A DNA stretch of 42,094 bases from a virus (taxonomy: Duplodnaviria > Caudoviricetes): IMG/VR virus record IMGVR_UViG_3300033067_001544, positions 1-42,094 of that record; one strand, given 5' to 3'. A model generated the notes under the pieces. It was not told the origin of the DNA. It saw only the letters and a program-made list of their open reading frames with translations, and did no database searches. A program made the translations under genes and the position numbers. Below are positions 34,707 to 42,094 of the stretch, piece after piece; the first letter of the stretch is position 1; each line of letters opens with the position of its first letter.

Positions 34707-35618
34707 TTAGACGCCCAAGTTGAACTGAACGCCGAACGGGTGGAACATACCCACGCCCCATTCCTGGATACCGGCGAACTTCTGGCACGGATCGTTAATG
34801 TCGAACTGGTCGAACATCGTCAAGTCCATACCCTGCAAGATGAAGAACGGGTTCTCATCGTTGTTCGCAGGGATCAAGTGGTGCTGGGTAGAACCCGTCA
34901 GATACTTGATGCCGGGGACATACTGGATCTTGCCGCGCAACGCGTTAGTATCGTTGTCAACAGTGCCCTGTTGCAACGTGCTGTTCAAGATGCGGTAGGC
35001 ATACCGGTCTTGGCTCAGTGTCGTGATGAGCTTGTAACCACCCATCATTTCAAACGGAGCGTCCGTATACGTCTTGTGCGACTCGGCGTTAGCCCACATC
35101 GTTTCAAGATTCGCCGCCGACAGCGGGAGCGCCGTCAGGTTGGAATACGTTGAGGTCAACGTAGGGTGATCGGTGGCCGCCTTCGCCTTTGCATCAATGC
35201 CAACATAGTCGGTGCCGGTGCTCGTGCAGTTGTTGAAGGTCTTGTCGGCAATCTCGTATTGCCGGGCAAGGTAGTGGCCCCGAGCGATGTTCTTCGTCGG
35301 ATTCTTGATCGCGGCGATTCGGCTCTTCTTGTACGCGTTGATCGAGATGCGCGTGCCAAGATACCAGTTCGTCATGTAGAAGTCCTTCTTGAACGGCGTT
35401 TGGATGTTCTTGAAGGGAACACCGCTCGCCTCACCGGATGCAATGGCCGGTCCAAGGTCGGAGTACATCACGAACCGCTCATAGAGCTTGTCGGTAGTGA
35501 CGGTGGAGCCAATGATAGCTCCGCAGGGGTCAGACTGTTGCTTACCCCAATATTCGATGAAGTCTTTTGCTGCGCGCAAATAGGCTTCAATGTTTGAACG
35601 CTGTGTCATCGTAGGCAT
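34707..35618 (-). CDS. Major capsid protein (HK97 fold, Mu gpT-like)
   Basis: 303 aa; GEASGVPF, GIDAK...TDHP, AYRILNS...NDTN, final E.GVGMFHPFGV pattern; AGGAG RBS; synteny. Confidence 0.8.
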   Translation of the reverse strand: MPTMTQRSNIEAYLRAAKDFIEYWGKQQSDPCGAIIGSTVTTDKLYERFVMYSDLGPAIASGEASGVPFKNIQTPFKKDFYMTNWYLGTRISINAYKKSRIAAIKNPTKNIARGHYLARQYEIADKTFNNCTSTGTDYVGIDAKAKAATDHPTLTSTYSNLTALPLSAANLETMWANAESHKTYTDAPFEMMGGYKLITTLSQDRYAYRILNSTLQQGTVDNDTNALRGKIQYVPGIKYLTGSTQHHLIPANNDENPFFILQGMDLTMFDQFDINDPCQKFAGIQEWGVGMFHPFGVQFNLGV

Positions 35619-35645
35619 GTGTTTCTCCTAATCTTCCTCGCCTTC

Positions 35646-36173
35646 TTAGGCATCCCAAAGCGATACCGAACGAAGGAACTGAACCCACACGTAAGGCATA
35701 GTGTCCGTGCCGGAGAAGCCTTGCGCCCTCTCGACAATCACGACGTAATCGTCTGTTCCGTCATGCTCAAGGTCAGCGGCAAACTGACCCGCCGCAACAC
35801 GCTTCAAAGGCAGCGTAGTGGGGGTGTCCAGAATCGTGTCTGGAATGACGGCAGACGCAGTAGTACCGTGGGTGACCTGGGTCAACCATTGCGCTGAGGT
35901 GTGGATCGGAACAGTGATAGAGCACTGCTGACGACCGGACTCTTGAGCGAGCGCATCGGCGGCGTTCTCGTTGGCAATACCCCACGGCTTCTTTGAAGCG
36001 GCGATATTGGAGCCAACGGCAGCGCCTACAATGAGTTGTCCGTTTGCGTCAAGGAGAACTACGTCTCCCTTCACAAAGGTTTGGCCGGACGCGGGAACGT
36101 ACTGTTCCACAACGCGCCAACCATTACCCCGGAACGTCGCCGGGGGGAAGTCGATTGCGGTTTTAATAGGCAT
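35646..36173 (-). CDS. Capsid decoration/cement protein
   Basis: ASGQTFVKGDVVLLDANG...WGIA pattern; start MPIKT with AGGAG RBS; immediately upstream of MCP. Confidence 0.65.
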   Translation of the reverse strand: MPIKTAIDFPPATFRGNGWRVVEQYVPASGQTFVKGDVVLLDANGQLIVGAAVGSNIAASKKPWGIANENAADALAQESGRQQCSITVPIHTSAQWLTQVTHGTTASAVIPDTILDTPTTLPLKRVAAGQFAADLEHDGTDDYVVIVERAQGFSGTDTMPYVWVQFLRSVSLWDA

Positions 36174-36268
36174 TGAGGGGTCTCCTGATTGCGTCCTGGC
36201 ATTAGCCAAAACAACTTGATCCGAAGGCCCCCGCCTATGTTGAATACTCGTGATCGCTTAGTGACTAG

Positions 36269-36784
36269 CTAAGCGTCCGCGTTTGCGCCGAGTGTGATTG
36301 ACACCGAGCCGCCGCGTTTCACTTCCGATGCGTCCAGCCCGGTCGCTGACGGCATCCCTTTCAGCTTCGCACGGCTAGACTCGCCCATCCACTTGACGTA
36401 TGCGTCTTTGGTCTCTTGGCGAATGCGAATCCATACGGTATTTCGCACTTGAACCGGCGTCTTGACGATCTCCGCTTTGAACAGGTTTTGATACGTCGCT
36501 ACCGGGTCGCCACCGATGAGCAAACTGGTTTCTCCGTCCACCGTATGAATAGGGAGGTACACCCAACCCGCCTCAGGCACGATTCCATAATCCTCAGGAT
36601 TGATGGCCGATTGCTCAAACGTTGGACGCATGAACTCGTATTCGTAGGTCTGGGGCTCTGCTGGCGGTTTAGGCGCGGCAGTAGGCGGTGTAGCGACCCG
36701 AATACCGGTGTTGCGGTCGTCGTCGCCTAGCCCGAGCTTTTCCGCACTGATCGCGGATGCGTTTCTGATAGTGGTCGATCTCAT
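36269..36784 (-). CDS. Hypothetical head-module protein
   Basis: 171 aa, ATGA overlap with scaffold. Confidence 0.65.
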   Translation of the reverse strand: MRSTTIRNASAISAEKLGLGDDDRNTGIRVATPPTAAPKPPAEPQTYEYEFMRPTFEQSAINPEDYGIVPEAGWVYLPIHTVDGETSLLIGGDPVATYQNLFKAEIVKTPVQVRNTVWIRIRQETKDAYVKWMGESSRAKLKGMPSATGLDASEVKRGGSVSITLGANADA

Positions 36785-37542
36785 TGAATGAATCCTTTGC
36801 TGCGCATGTGCTTAGGCGTCGGGGCCGATCCGTGGAACTGGCGATAGGTGGCAACGTATTCGTTGTATTCGTCTTGGCTAACGCCGGGGGACCGGCGAAT
36901 GGTCGAAGATGCGCCTACCGTCTCACCCGCGAACGGCTTCGTGAACGGTTGCCGCTGAACTACCGGGGCTTCCTTTTCGGCTTTCAGTGCACGAACCATC
37001 ACCATGCCTTGCATCATCTCGATGGCTTCACGGGTAAGGATTGTTCCCATCACGTTTGGCGCAAGTTCCCTTGCCACCTGTACGGCGATTTCCCGCTTAT
37101 CGGCGGGCAACCCCTCCATAATGTCGTCCGCGAGGTTACTGGCGAACCCACGCGCCACGGCGGGGGCAAGCTGTTGCCGTACCGCGTTCAGTTCCTCCTG
37201 GTGCTTCTGCTCCACACGCGCCATGAGCGCGACGGTGTACTTCTCCGTGTACCCTTGCGTCGCCCACTCCTCAGGGTCGGGGAACTCGGGCAGGTTGGCT
37301 TCCCGTTGCGGGGCCTGTTCTTGGCGCGGGGCTTCCGGCTTGTGGGCAAACGCCGCCGGCACGAACTCGTTTGTTCGGCTGGCGTGAAGCACGGCGGCTT
37401 CGCGTAGGTCTTGCTCAGATAGATTGCGCGGGTCGAACCTTGGCGCATCTACCGTGTCATCGTCGTCGGGGGCAAGGTCGAAGTTCGGTGTTTCAACCTC
37501 TTCGATCTCGTCAATCAGTTCAATGTCGTCAGTGGGTGGCAT
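36781..37542 (-). CDS. Putative scaffolding protein
   Basis: Acidic N-terminus, helical middle, basic C-terminus; between portal and capsid. Confidence 0.65.
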   Translation of the reverse strand: MPPTDDIELIDEIEEVETPNFDLAPDDDDTVDAPRFDPRNLSEQDLREAAVLHASRTNEFVPAAFAHKPEAPRQEQAPQREANLPEFPDPEEWATQGYTEKYTVALMARVEQKHQEELNAVRQQLAPAVARGFASNLADDIMEGLPADKREIAVQVARELAPNVMGTILTREAIEMMQGMVMVRALKAEKEAPVVQRQPFTKPFAGETVGASSTIRRSPGVSQDEYNEYVATYRQFHGSAPTPKHMRSKGFIQ

Positions 37543-37746
37543 TTACTTGTCTCCTGTTAGCCTTGCTTGGATAATCTCACCAAGCTGATCTTCGTCTAAA
37601 AGCGTTTTGAGCACCATCACTTTCCCTTGGTGCCTCCGTATGTCTCCGTCGCTGGTAACGCACACATGAACGGCGCGATCGTGTTCTTCACGTAGCCACG
37701 ATTTGAGGGCCTTCCATTCGGCACCCGCGAACATCCCGGCGGCCAC
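37543..37746 (-). CDS. Small protein downstream of portal
   Basis: 67 aa; EWKALKSWL...RRHQGKV..LK.LL pattern typical of the post-portal gene in podoviruses. Confidence 0.65.
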   Translation of the reverse strand: MAAGMFAGAEWKALKSWLREEHDRAVHVCVTSDGDIRRHQGKVMVLKTLLDEDQLGEIIQARLTGDK

Positions 37747-39642
37747 TTAGCTCGCCAGTCCTAACGGGGGCTGTTGGGGCATCTGCGCCGCCTGTGCGTC
37801 TGGCTGATCGCCGGGGCCTTCCTCGCCCATGTTCTTGATCCGGTCGGCGTTCGATAGGTTGAGCGCGTCCACGGCTGAACGGTAAATCTCGGCCTTGTTC
37901 AGAATCGCAGGCTGAACGCCTTGCATGGCCTCTGCAATCACCTTCTGCGCCATCTGCATGGCTTGGCCCTGCACCATCTTTGGGTCAGCGGGTTGCCCTG
38001 TTTGCGGGTCTACGTGCCCTTCCATCATGCCCGCAATCATCTCGGCTACCTTCTGCGTGACCGCTTGGATGATCTGATCCGGTTGCGGTCCGTCGTTCTG
38101 GCACAGGCTGATGAGGAACTGGAGCTTCTTTACCGTCGCTTCAGGTGTCAGGCTTGGGGATCGCCCATTCACTTCCCACACCACGGGGAGCAGGAACAGA
38201 TTTGGGTCAACATCTTCCACCCTTGCGTACAGTTCACCATTGAGGTAGAGGAGTTCGGCGCACGTTTCGGCCAGTCGTTCGAGCCCTTCCGAATACACAC
38301 CAGTGTAAGCCGCTTCACGCTTGGACTGGCCCGCGAAAATCTGGTTGGCTTCGGTCGCAGTGATCGCCTTGTTTTGCTCTTGGGCCTGAGCCGCTTGGCT
38401 GATCCCGATAACGGCATCGGCGCGGCGCTCAATGTCTTGATTGATGAGAGCGAACGGGGCCGGATTGAATCCCGTCTGCAACAGCTTTGAGTTGCCGCCA
38501 ACACTACCGCCAGGCCGAAGCACCGTGATCTTGTTCTCGGTTGACTCAGGGTCGGCAACGGGAGGCATAGCGTAGAAGTACACGCCCGCCGTCATGGCGT
38601 TGTTGTGGTGGTTGTACATGTCCTGCAACCCTTGCAGGTCATGGGCAGGCGAACCGTCCGGCCACCAGTTGCCGGGCTCGGGACACTGAACGCGAAGGTC
38701 AACGTACCACGGCTTCTTGAGGTCGTAATATCGAAGCGAAAGGAGTTTGCGCTCGTCAGGCAGGACGGTCGCAATGTAATACCGCTCGTCCTTGCCGTCC
38801 CGAATGTCGCCCATCTCGTCGTCAAGGTCAGCCGCATCAAGGTCGGCGCGGAAGATGACCTCACATCGCCGCACCGTCTGATCTTCGGGGGCGACCGCCC
38901 GCGTGCTTTGCGCCTTGGTTGCGCTTCCTGAACGGGCATGGCTGTTGCCGGTGTCGCTGGTTGCGGTCAGCTCGTCAACGTCGCCGATGTCGTCATAGTC
39001 GCCCATGCGGATCTTGACTTCAATCTCGGCGCGGGTACACGGGCAAACGTGCCCGACAAGCGGGGCAGAATCAACGTCGTAGAGTTCCGGTTGATAGATG
39101 ATGAAGTCGCCGGGGTCGATAACCTCAAAGCAAAGCCCGCAATAATCAAACTCGCCAACGTCGGACTGAACACCGCTCACTTGGTCCGGCAGATAGCCCG
39201 ATGCGACCGCCTTAAACGAGACCTTCACCGGTGCTACACCCGTAATCGCCGCCATCGGAAGCGTCTTCTTTACAAGAGCGTCGATGTTGGCTTTATCCAT
39301 CGCCCGCTGCATCTGGTTCTCAAGTTTGGTTGCGCCTTCTGAGTTCTTGTCGAACTTGGCGAGAATCATGGGGGTTTGTGACCCGATGTTTCCGCTCACC
39401 GCATCGCAAAGCGCGTCAATACGCGGCTTTGTTAGGTGGAAGTGCATAGGGATGAAGCCTGCCGGTAGCATTTCGGTGGACATCGCAGGCACACCACGGT
39501 AGAAGCTGTAGTTCCGCTTCCACCGCTCGGAAAGGTCACGCTGTCCGGCTAAGGCGTCCTCGATCATGAGGCTGAGGCGTGCGGCTAGGTTGTCCCGCTC
39601 TGCCCCTTCGATCTTTAGCCGTCCGAACTTGTTTGCTTTCAT
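37747..39642 (-). CDS. Portal protein
   Basis: 631 aa; W..NY.FYRG, ITGVAPVKV, IDPGDF, LQGLQDMYN, KAITATEA; Gln-rich tail. Confidence 0.85.
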   Translation of the reverse strand: MKANKFGRLKIEGAERDNLAARLSLMIEDALAGQRDLSERWKRNYSFYRGVPAMSTEMLPAGFIPMHFHLTKPRIDALCDAVSGNIGSQTPMILAKFDKNSEGATKLENQMQRAMDKANIDALVKKTLPMAAITGVAPVKVSFKAVASGYLPDQVSGVQSDVGEFDYCGLCFEVIDPGDFIIYQPELYDVDSAPLVGHVCPCTRAEIEVKIRMGDYDDIGDVDELTATSDTGNSHARSGSATKAQSTRAVAPEDQTVRRCEVIFRADLDAADLDDEMGDIRDGKDERYYIATVLPDERKLLSLRYYDLKKPWYVDLRVQCPEPGNWWPDGSPAHDLQGLQDMYNHHNNAMTAGVYFYAMPPVADPESTENKITVLRPGGSVGGNSKLLQTGFNPAPFALINQDIERRADAVIGISQAAQAQEQNKAITATEANQIFAGQSKREAAYTGVYSEGLERLAETCAELLYLNGELYARVEDVDPNLFLLPVVWEVNGRSPSLTPEATVKKLQFLISLCQNDGPQPDQIIQAVTQKVAEMIAGMMEGHVDPQTGQPADPKMVQGQAMQMAQKVIAEAMQGVQPAILNKAEIYRSAVDALNLSNADRIKNMGEEGPGDQPDAQAAQMPQQPPLGLAS

Positions 39643-40412
39643 GCTGCTGATTCTTCGCCGTAAATCCGGCTGAGGATGCCGCCCCTCGCGTCCACCATTA
39701 CGTAGTCGCTGGGATCGCCAGGGAGCCCGTACCGCTCCGCTAGGAACTCGATGTAGGTCAGTGCCGAACGGCGGTCATAAAGAACGCGGTCGCCCGGTTG
39801 CAATCCGCTGAGCGGCCCGGCGGCAATCACCGTCGCTTTACTGTTGCGCTCTGAACTGGGGAGCAATAGACCCAAACTGGTCGCCTGCACCGGATCGCGC
39901 TTGATGTAAACCTTGTGGCCCAGCATCTTGACCTTGTCTTCAAGAGCAGCCACGATTCCTTGATCTATTGGATTCACTGTTATCCTCGCATTCGGGTCGT
40001 TTGTGAGCGTCCCGTAATATCTGAGTTGTCCCTGACACCGGTATTCACCGAATGCCGCCCCGTTGATCCAACGCCCCTTCATCCGTTCCACGAGAACGTG
40101 GTCCCCAGGGCGTACCTCACTCAAATCGAACCAGTCGCAATAGCCCACCGAGATGATCGTCCCCGACGTGGGCCGAAGGTGCTCACCTACCGCCGTCGGC
40201 AGAATGATCTCACCCTTTGCTTTGAGCCACGGGTCCATCTCCACGATGACAACCCCCGGCATTGCCTCTATCGCGGCATAGGCGTCTGTAAAATCACGGT
40301 CCTGCGTCTCTAACGGGCAAACCAGAGTCGATTCGCCCATGCGGATACTGCCGCTGAACGCATCCGCGTCTAACTTGCGAGTAAAACTGCCCTCGTAATC
40401 CACTTCCGTCAT
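39639..40412 (-). CDS. Tandem double-domain GroES/Cpn10-like co-chaperonin
   Basis: Two repeats of the GroES signature: AMPGVVIVE..KGEIILP..SGTIISVG..EVRPGDHVLV and KMLGHKVYIKR..SLGLLLP..KATVIAAGP..LQPGDRVLY. ATGA overlaps with TerL and portal. Confidence 0.75.
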   Translation of the reverse strand: MTEVDYEGSFTRKLDADAFSGSIRMGESTLVCPLETQDRDFTDAYAAIEAMPGVVIVEMDPWLKAKGEIILPTAVGEHLRPTSGTIISVGYCDWFDLSEVRPGDHVLVERMKGRWINGAAFGEYRCQGQLRYYGTLTNDPNARITVNPIDQGIVAALEDKVKMLGHKVYIKRDPVQATSLGLLLPSSERNSKATVIAAGPLSGLQPGDRVLYDRRSALTYIEFLAERYGLPGDPSDYVMVDARGGILSRIYGEESAA

Positions 40413-41875
40413 GCCGCACCTGCTAGGGAATATGCGGTTTGGCTCTCGTTCGCATACTTGAACACCGGGGCCACCGGCAACGCTGGCACTATATAGCGAA
40501 GGCAATCCATCAAATGAAAATCACTCTTATCTTTGATCGCGTCGGTTGGCTCGCCATCATCACCGATCTCGCGGGAATAGCTGTTAAGTTCTTCGATCAG
40601 TTCCGTGCAGTGGTCCATAACCTTGAGTCGCCCGGTCTTGAACGCTCGGTACACGTGCTGAATCCCAACCTCTACTTTTCGGTCGGTCGGGGCCGCAATC
40701 GGCATCCCGCACTTGGCGAACGCGATGCGCCAACCGTCCTCATCGGGGTTTCCACCCCGGCAATGCGTCGGCAGTCCCCGCATCACCCCTTTTTCCTGCA
40801 TTCCAAGAATGTCCCTAATGTGCGCCTCCTGCTCCCTCTTGAATCCCGCATGGTACGTGTGACCCACGTAGTACACACCCGTGTGATGCTCGTGGAATCC
40901 ATCCACTTCCCATTCGCACGGTGCCCGTTCCTGCCAAATCGTCACGCTGGCCGTGTTGACTGGGCCGAAGTCAACACCTACATACCGTTTCCAAGCCTCA
41001 GGGATCGGGAACGACGGCACAATAGCGTGGGCCTCATCCAAACAGTCGTAAATAAGACCACGGGGCCGCCTAAACAGCCCGAGATACATCATTTCCCACT
41101 CCTCTTTTGGCATCCCGTTCGCAAGCTCAGCGCGGCATTCCGCCTCGTCTACGATCGGGTTCATCCACGACGGCCAGTTAAGGAACGCTGAGTCGTTCTC
41201 TTCGGCTATCGCGGGGTCCACGACGTAGGTCTTGAACCATCCCCACTCATACGGCGTCGTGGTCCAAAGCCGCCGTCCGAACCCTTGCGATCTCGCTGCT
41301 TTTAAGCGTCGATTGAAGGCCCTGTAGGATGACAACTTGTTCAGGCTTTGCCCAGCCTCGTCCCAAACACCACAACACGCGGTAACCGATTCCAGGTTGT
41401 TCGAGTCGTTTGCATAAGCAAAGCTCACCGTGAACGGGTATCGGTCAGTGCCGAATACCTTCATGAGTCCTTCTTTGCTGAACCTAAACTTCGGCTTGTT
41501 GCCTTTGGTTAGGGTGCCTAACTTATGAAGCCCAACAAAGAAATCCTCAAACGCTGGTAGTGCTTGCTCTTCCAGAAGCGTCAGCGTTGGGCCTACGTAG
41601 AGCGCGGCGCCCCGTCCCCTCAGTTGAACGAACGGGAAGCACCGCTGAATCTCTCTCAGTAGCCACGGGGCGTTAAATGCAGTCTTGCCGCCCTGGGTGC
41701 CGCATGAACACACGGTATCGGTCGCGTCCGAGTTCCATGCCCTTAGCTGTCCATCGTGGAACCACTCGGGAGGGATCTCGGCATCTATGCGCTCGGCTTC
41801 GCGAAGCCCCCGGCGAATCAGTTCAGCCCGCGCTACCTGACGGGCTTGCTCTCTCAGTTGTGGCGATACCGCCAT
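40409..41875 (-). CDS. terL: Terminase large subunit
   Basis: Walker A CGTQGGKT, Walker B VWDEAG, coupling motif TTTP, nuclease GVDFG and HLMDCLRY. Confidence 0.92.
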   Translation of the reverse strand: MAVSPQLREQARQVARAELIRRGLREAERIDAEIPPEWFHDGQLRAWNSDATDTVCSCGTQGGKTAFNAPWLLREIQRCFPFVQLRGRGAALYVGPTLTLLEEQALPAFEDFFVGLHKLGTLTKGNKPKFRFSKEGLMKVFGTDRYPFTVSFAYANDSNNLESVTACCGVWDEAGQSLNKLSSYRAFNRRLKAARSQGFGRRLWTTTPYEWGWFKTYVVDPAIAEENDSAFLNWPSWMNPIVDEAECRAELANGMPKEEWEMMYLGLFRRPRGLIYDCLDEAHAIVPSFPIPEAWKRYVGVDFGPVNTASVTIWQERAPCEWEVDGFHEHHTGVYYVGHTYHAGFKREQEAHIRDILGMQEKGVMRGLPTHCRGGNPDEDGWRIAFAKCGMPIAAPTDRKVEVGIQHVYRAFKTGRLKVMDHCTELIEELNSYSREIGDDGEPTDAIKDKSDFHLMDCLRYIVPALPVAPVFKYANESQTAYSLAGAA

Positions 41876-41879
41876 AGGC

Positions 41880-42094
41880 TCACTTCTTGGGTTTGGTGGG
41901 TTTGACCTTCACGGGCTCGGCAACCGGCACGATCACCGGAACATCATTCACACCAAACGTCAACGTCACCCCGTTGAGTCCTGGGTTCTGCTCGAACAGC
42001 ACGCCAACCCAATGGCCCACGGAATCCGGGCAGTCACGCCCGGTCAGAACGTCGCCGCGCTTGTATTCGATCTCTCGGTAAATCGTGTCTTTCA
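41880..42094 (-). CDS. Hypothetical protein (71 aa; the A of its ATG is base 1 across the junction)
   Basis: MKDTIYREIEYKRGDVLTGRDCPDSVGHWVGVLFEQNPGLNGVTLTFGVNDVPVIVPVAEPVKVKPTKPKK; ends 4 nt before TerL start. Confidence 0.65.
   Translation of the reverse strand, partial: KDTIYREIEYKRGDVLTGRDCPDSVGHWVGVLFEQNPGLNGVTLTFGVNDVPVIVPVAEPVKVKPTKPKK

Noticed and set aside
34645-34788. Possible -1 frameshift fusing the capsid protein to the downstream structural ORF (T7 10B style), since that frame is open across the capsid stop
   Set aside because: No slippery heptamer near the capsid 3' end, and the downstream gene has its own GGAGG RBS and ATG at 34644.
1-42094. tRNA genes, reverse transcriptase/DGR, alternative genetic code, self-cleaving ribozymes
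   Set aside because: No cloverleaf, RT motif or convincing ribozyme core seen by eye, and genes are intact in the standard code; a covariance-model scan would be needed to exclude small RNAs fully.

Overview
The window looks like an essentially complete, circularly permuted genome of a tailed dsDNA phage with podovirus (P22-like) morphogenesis genes. Joining base 42094 to base 1 completes two minus-strand genes through an ATGA stop/start overlap. There are three transcription blocks. (1) A leftward replication operon from a divergent promoter at ~8.25-8.35 kb: Cro-like HTH, SSB-like, SWIM finger, RuvC-like resolvase, primase-polymerase/helicase, then an iteron-rich putative origin. (2) A rightward early/accessory operon at 8.39-19.56 kb: Arg-rich N-like peptide, DEDDh exonuclease, pentapeptide-repeat protein, two RlpA-like DPBB proteins, MazG-like enzyme, SF2 helicase, DNA methyltransferase, Xis-like HTH, PAPS-reductase-like protein and a degenerate Dam. 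(3) A leftward late operon starting at a structured leader at ~2.6 kb: lysis cassette, TerS, then across the origin TerL, a tandem double-GroES protein, portal, scaffold, capsid, beta-helix tailspike, SGNH esterase, adaptor, nozzle and ejection proteins. I found no integrase, CI repressor, DNA polymerase, tRNA or CRISPR array. The most notable observations are the Cpn20-like tandem GroES inside the packaging module, an unannotated lambda-N-like peptide with boxB-like hairpins, SSB-tail-like motifs on three proteins, two early lytic-transglycosylase-fold genes, and a leaderless moron opposite the ejection gene. All product calls come from motif recognition and synteny by eye; no database search was run.
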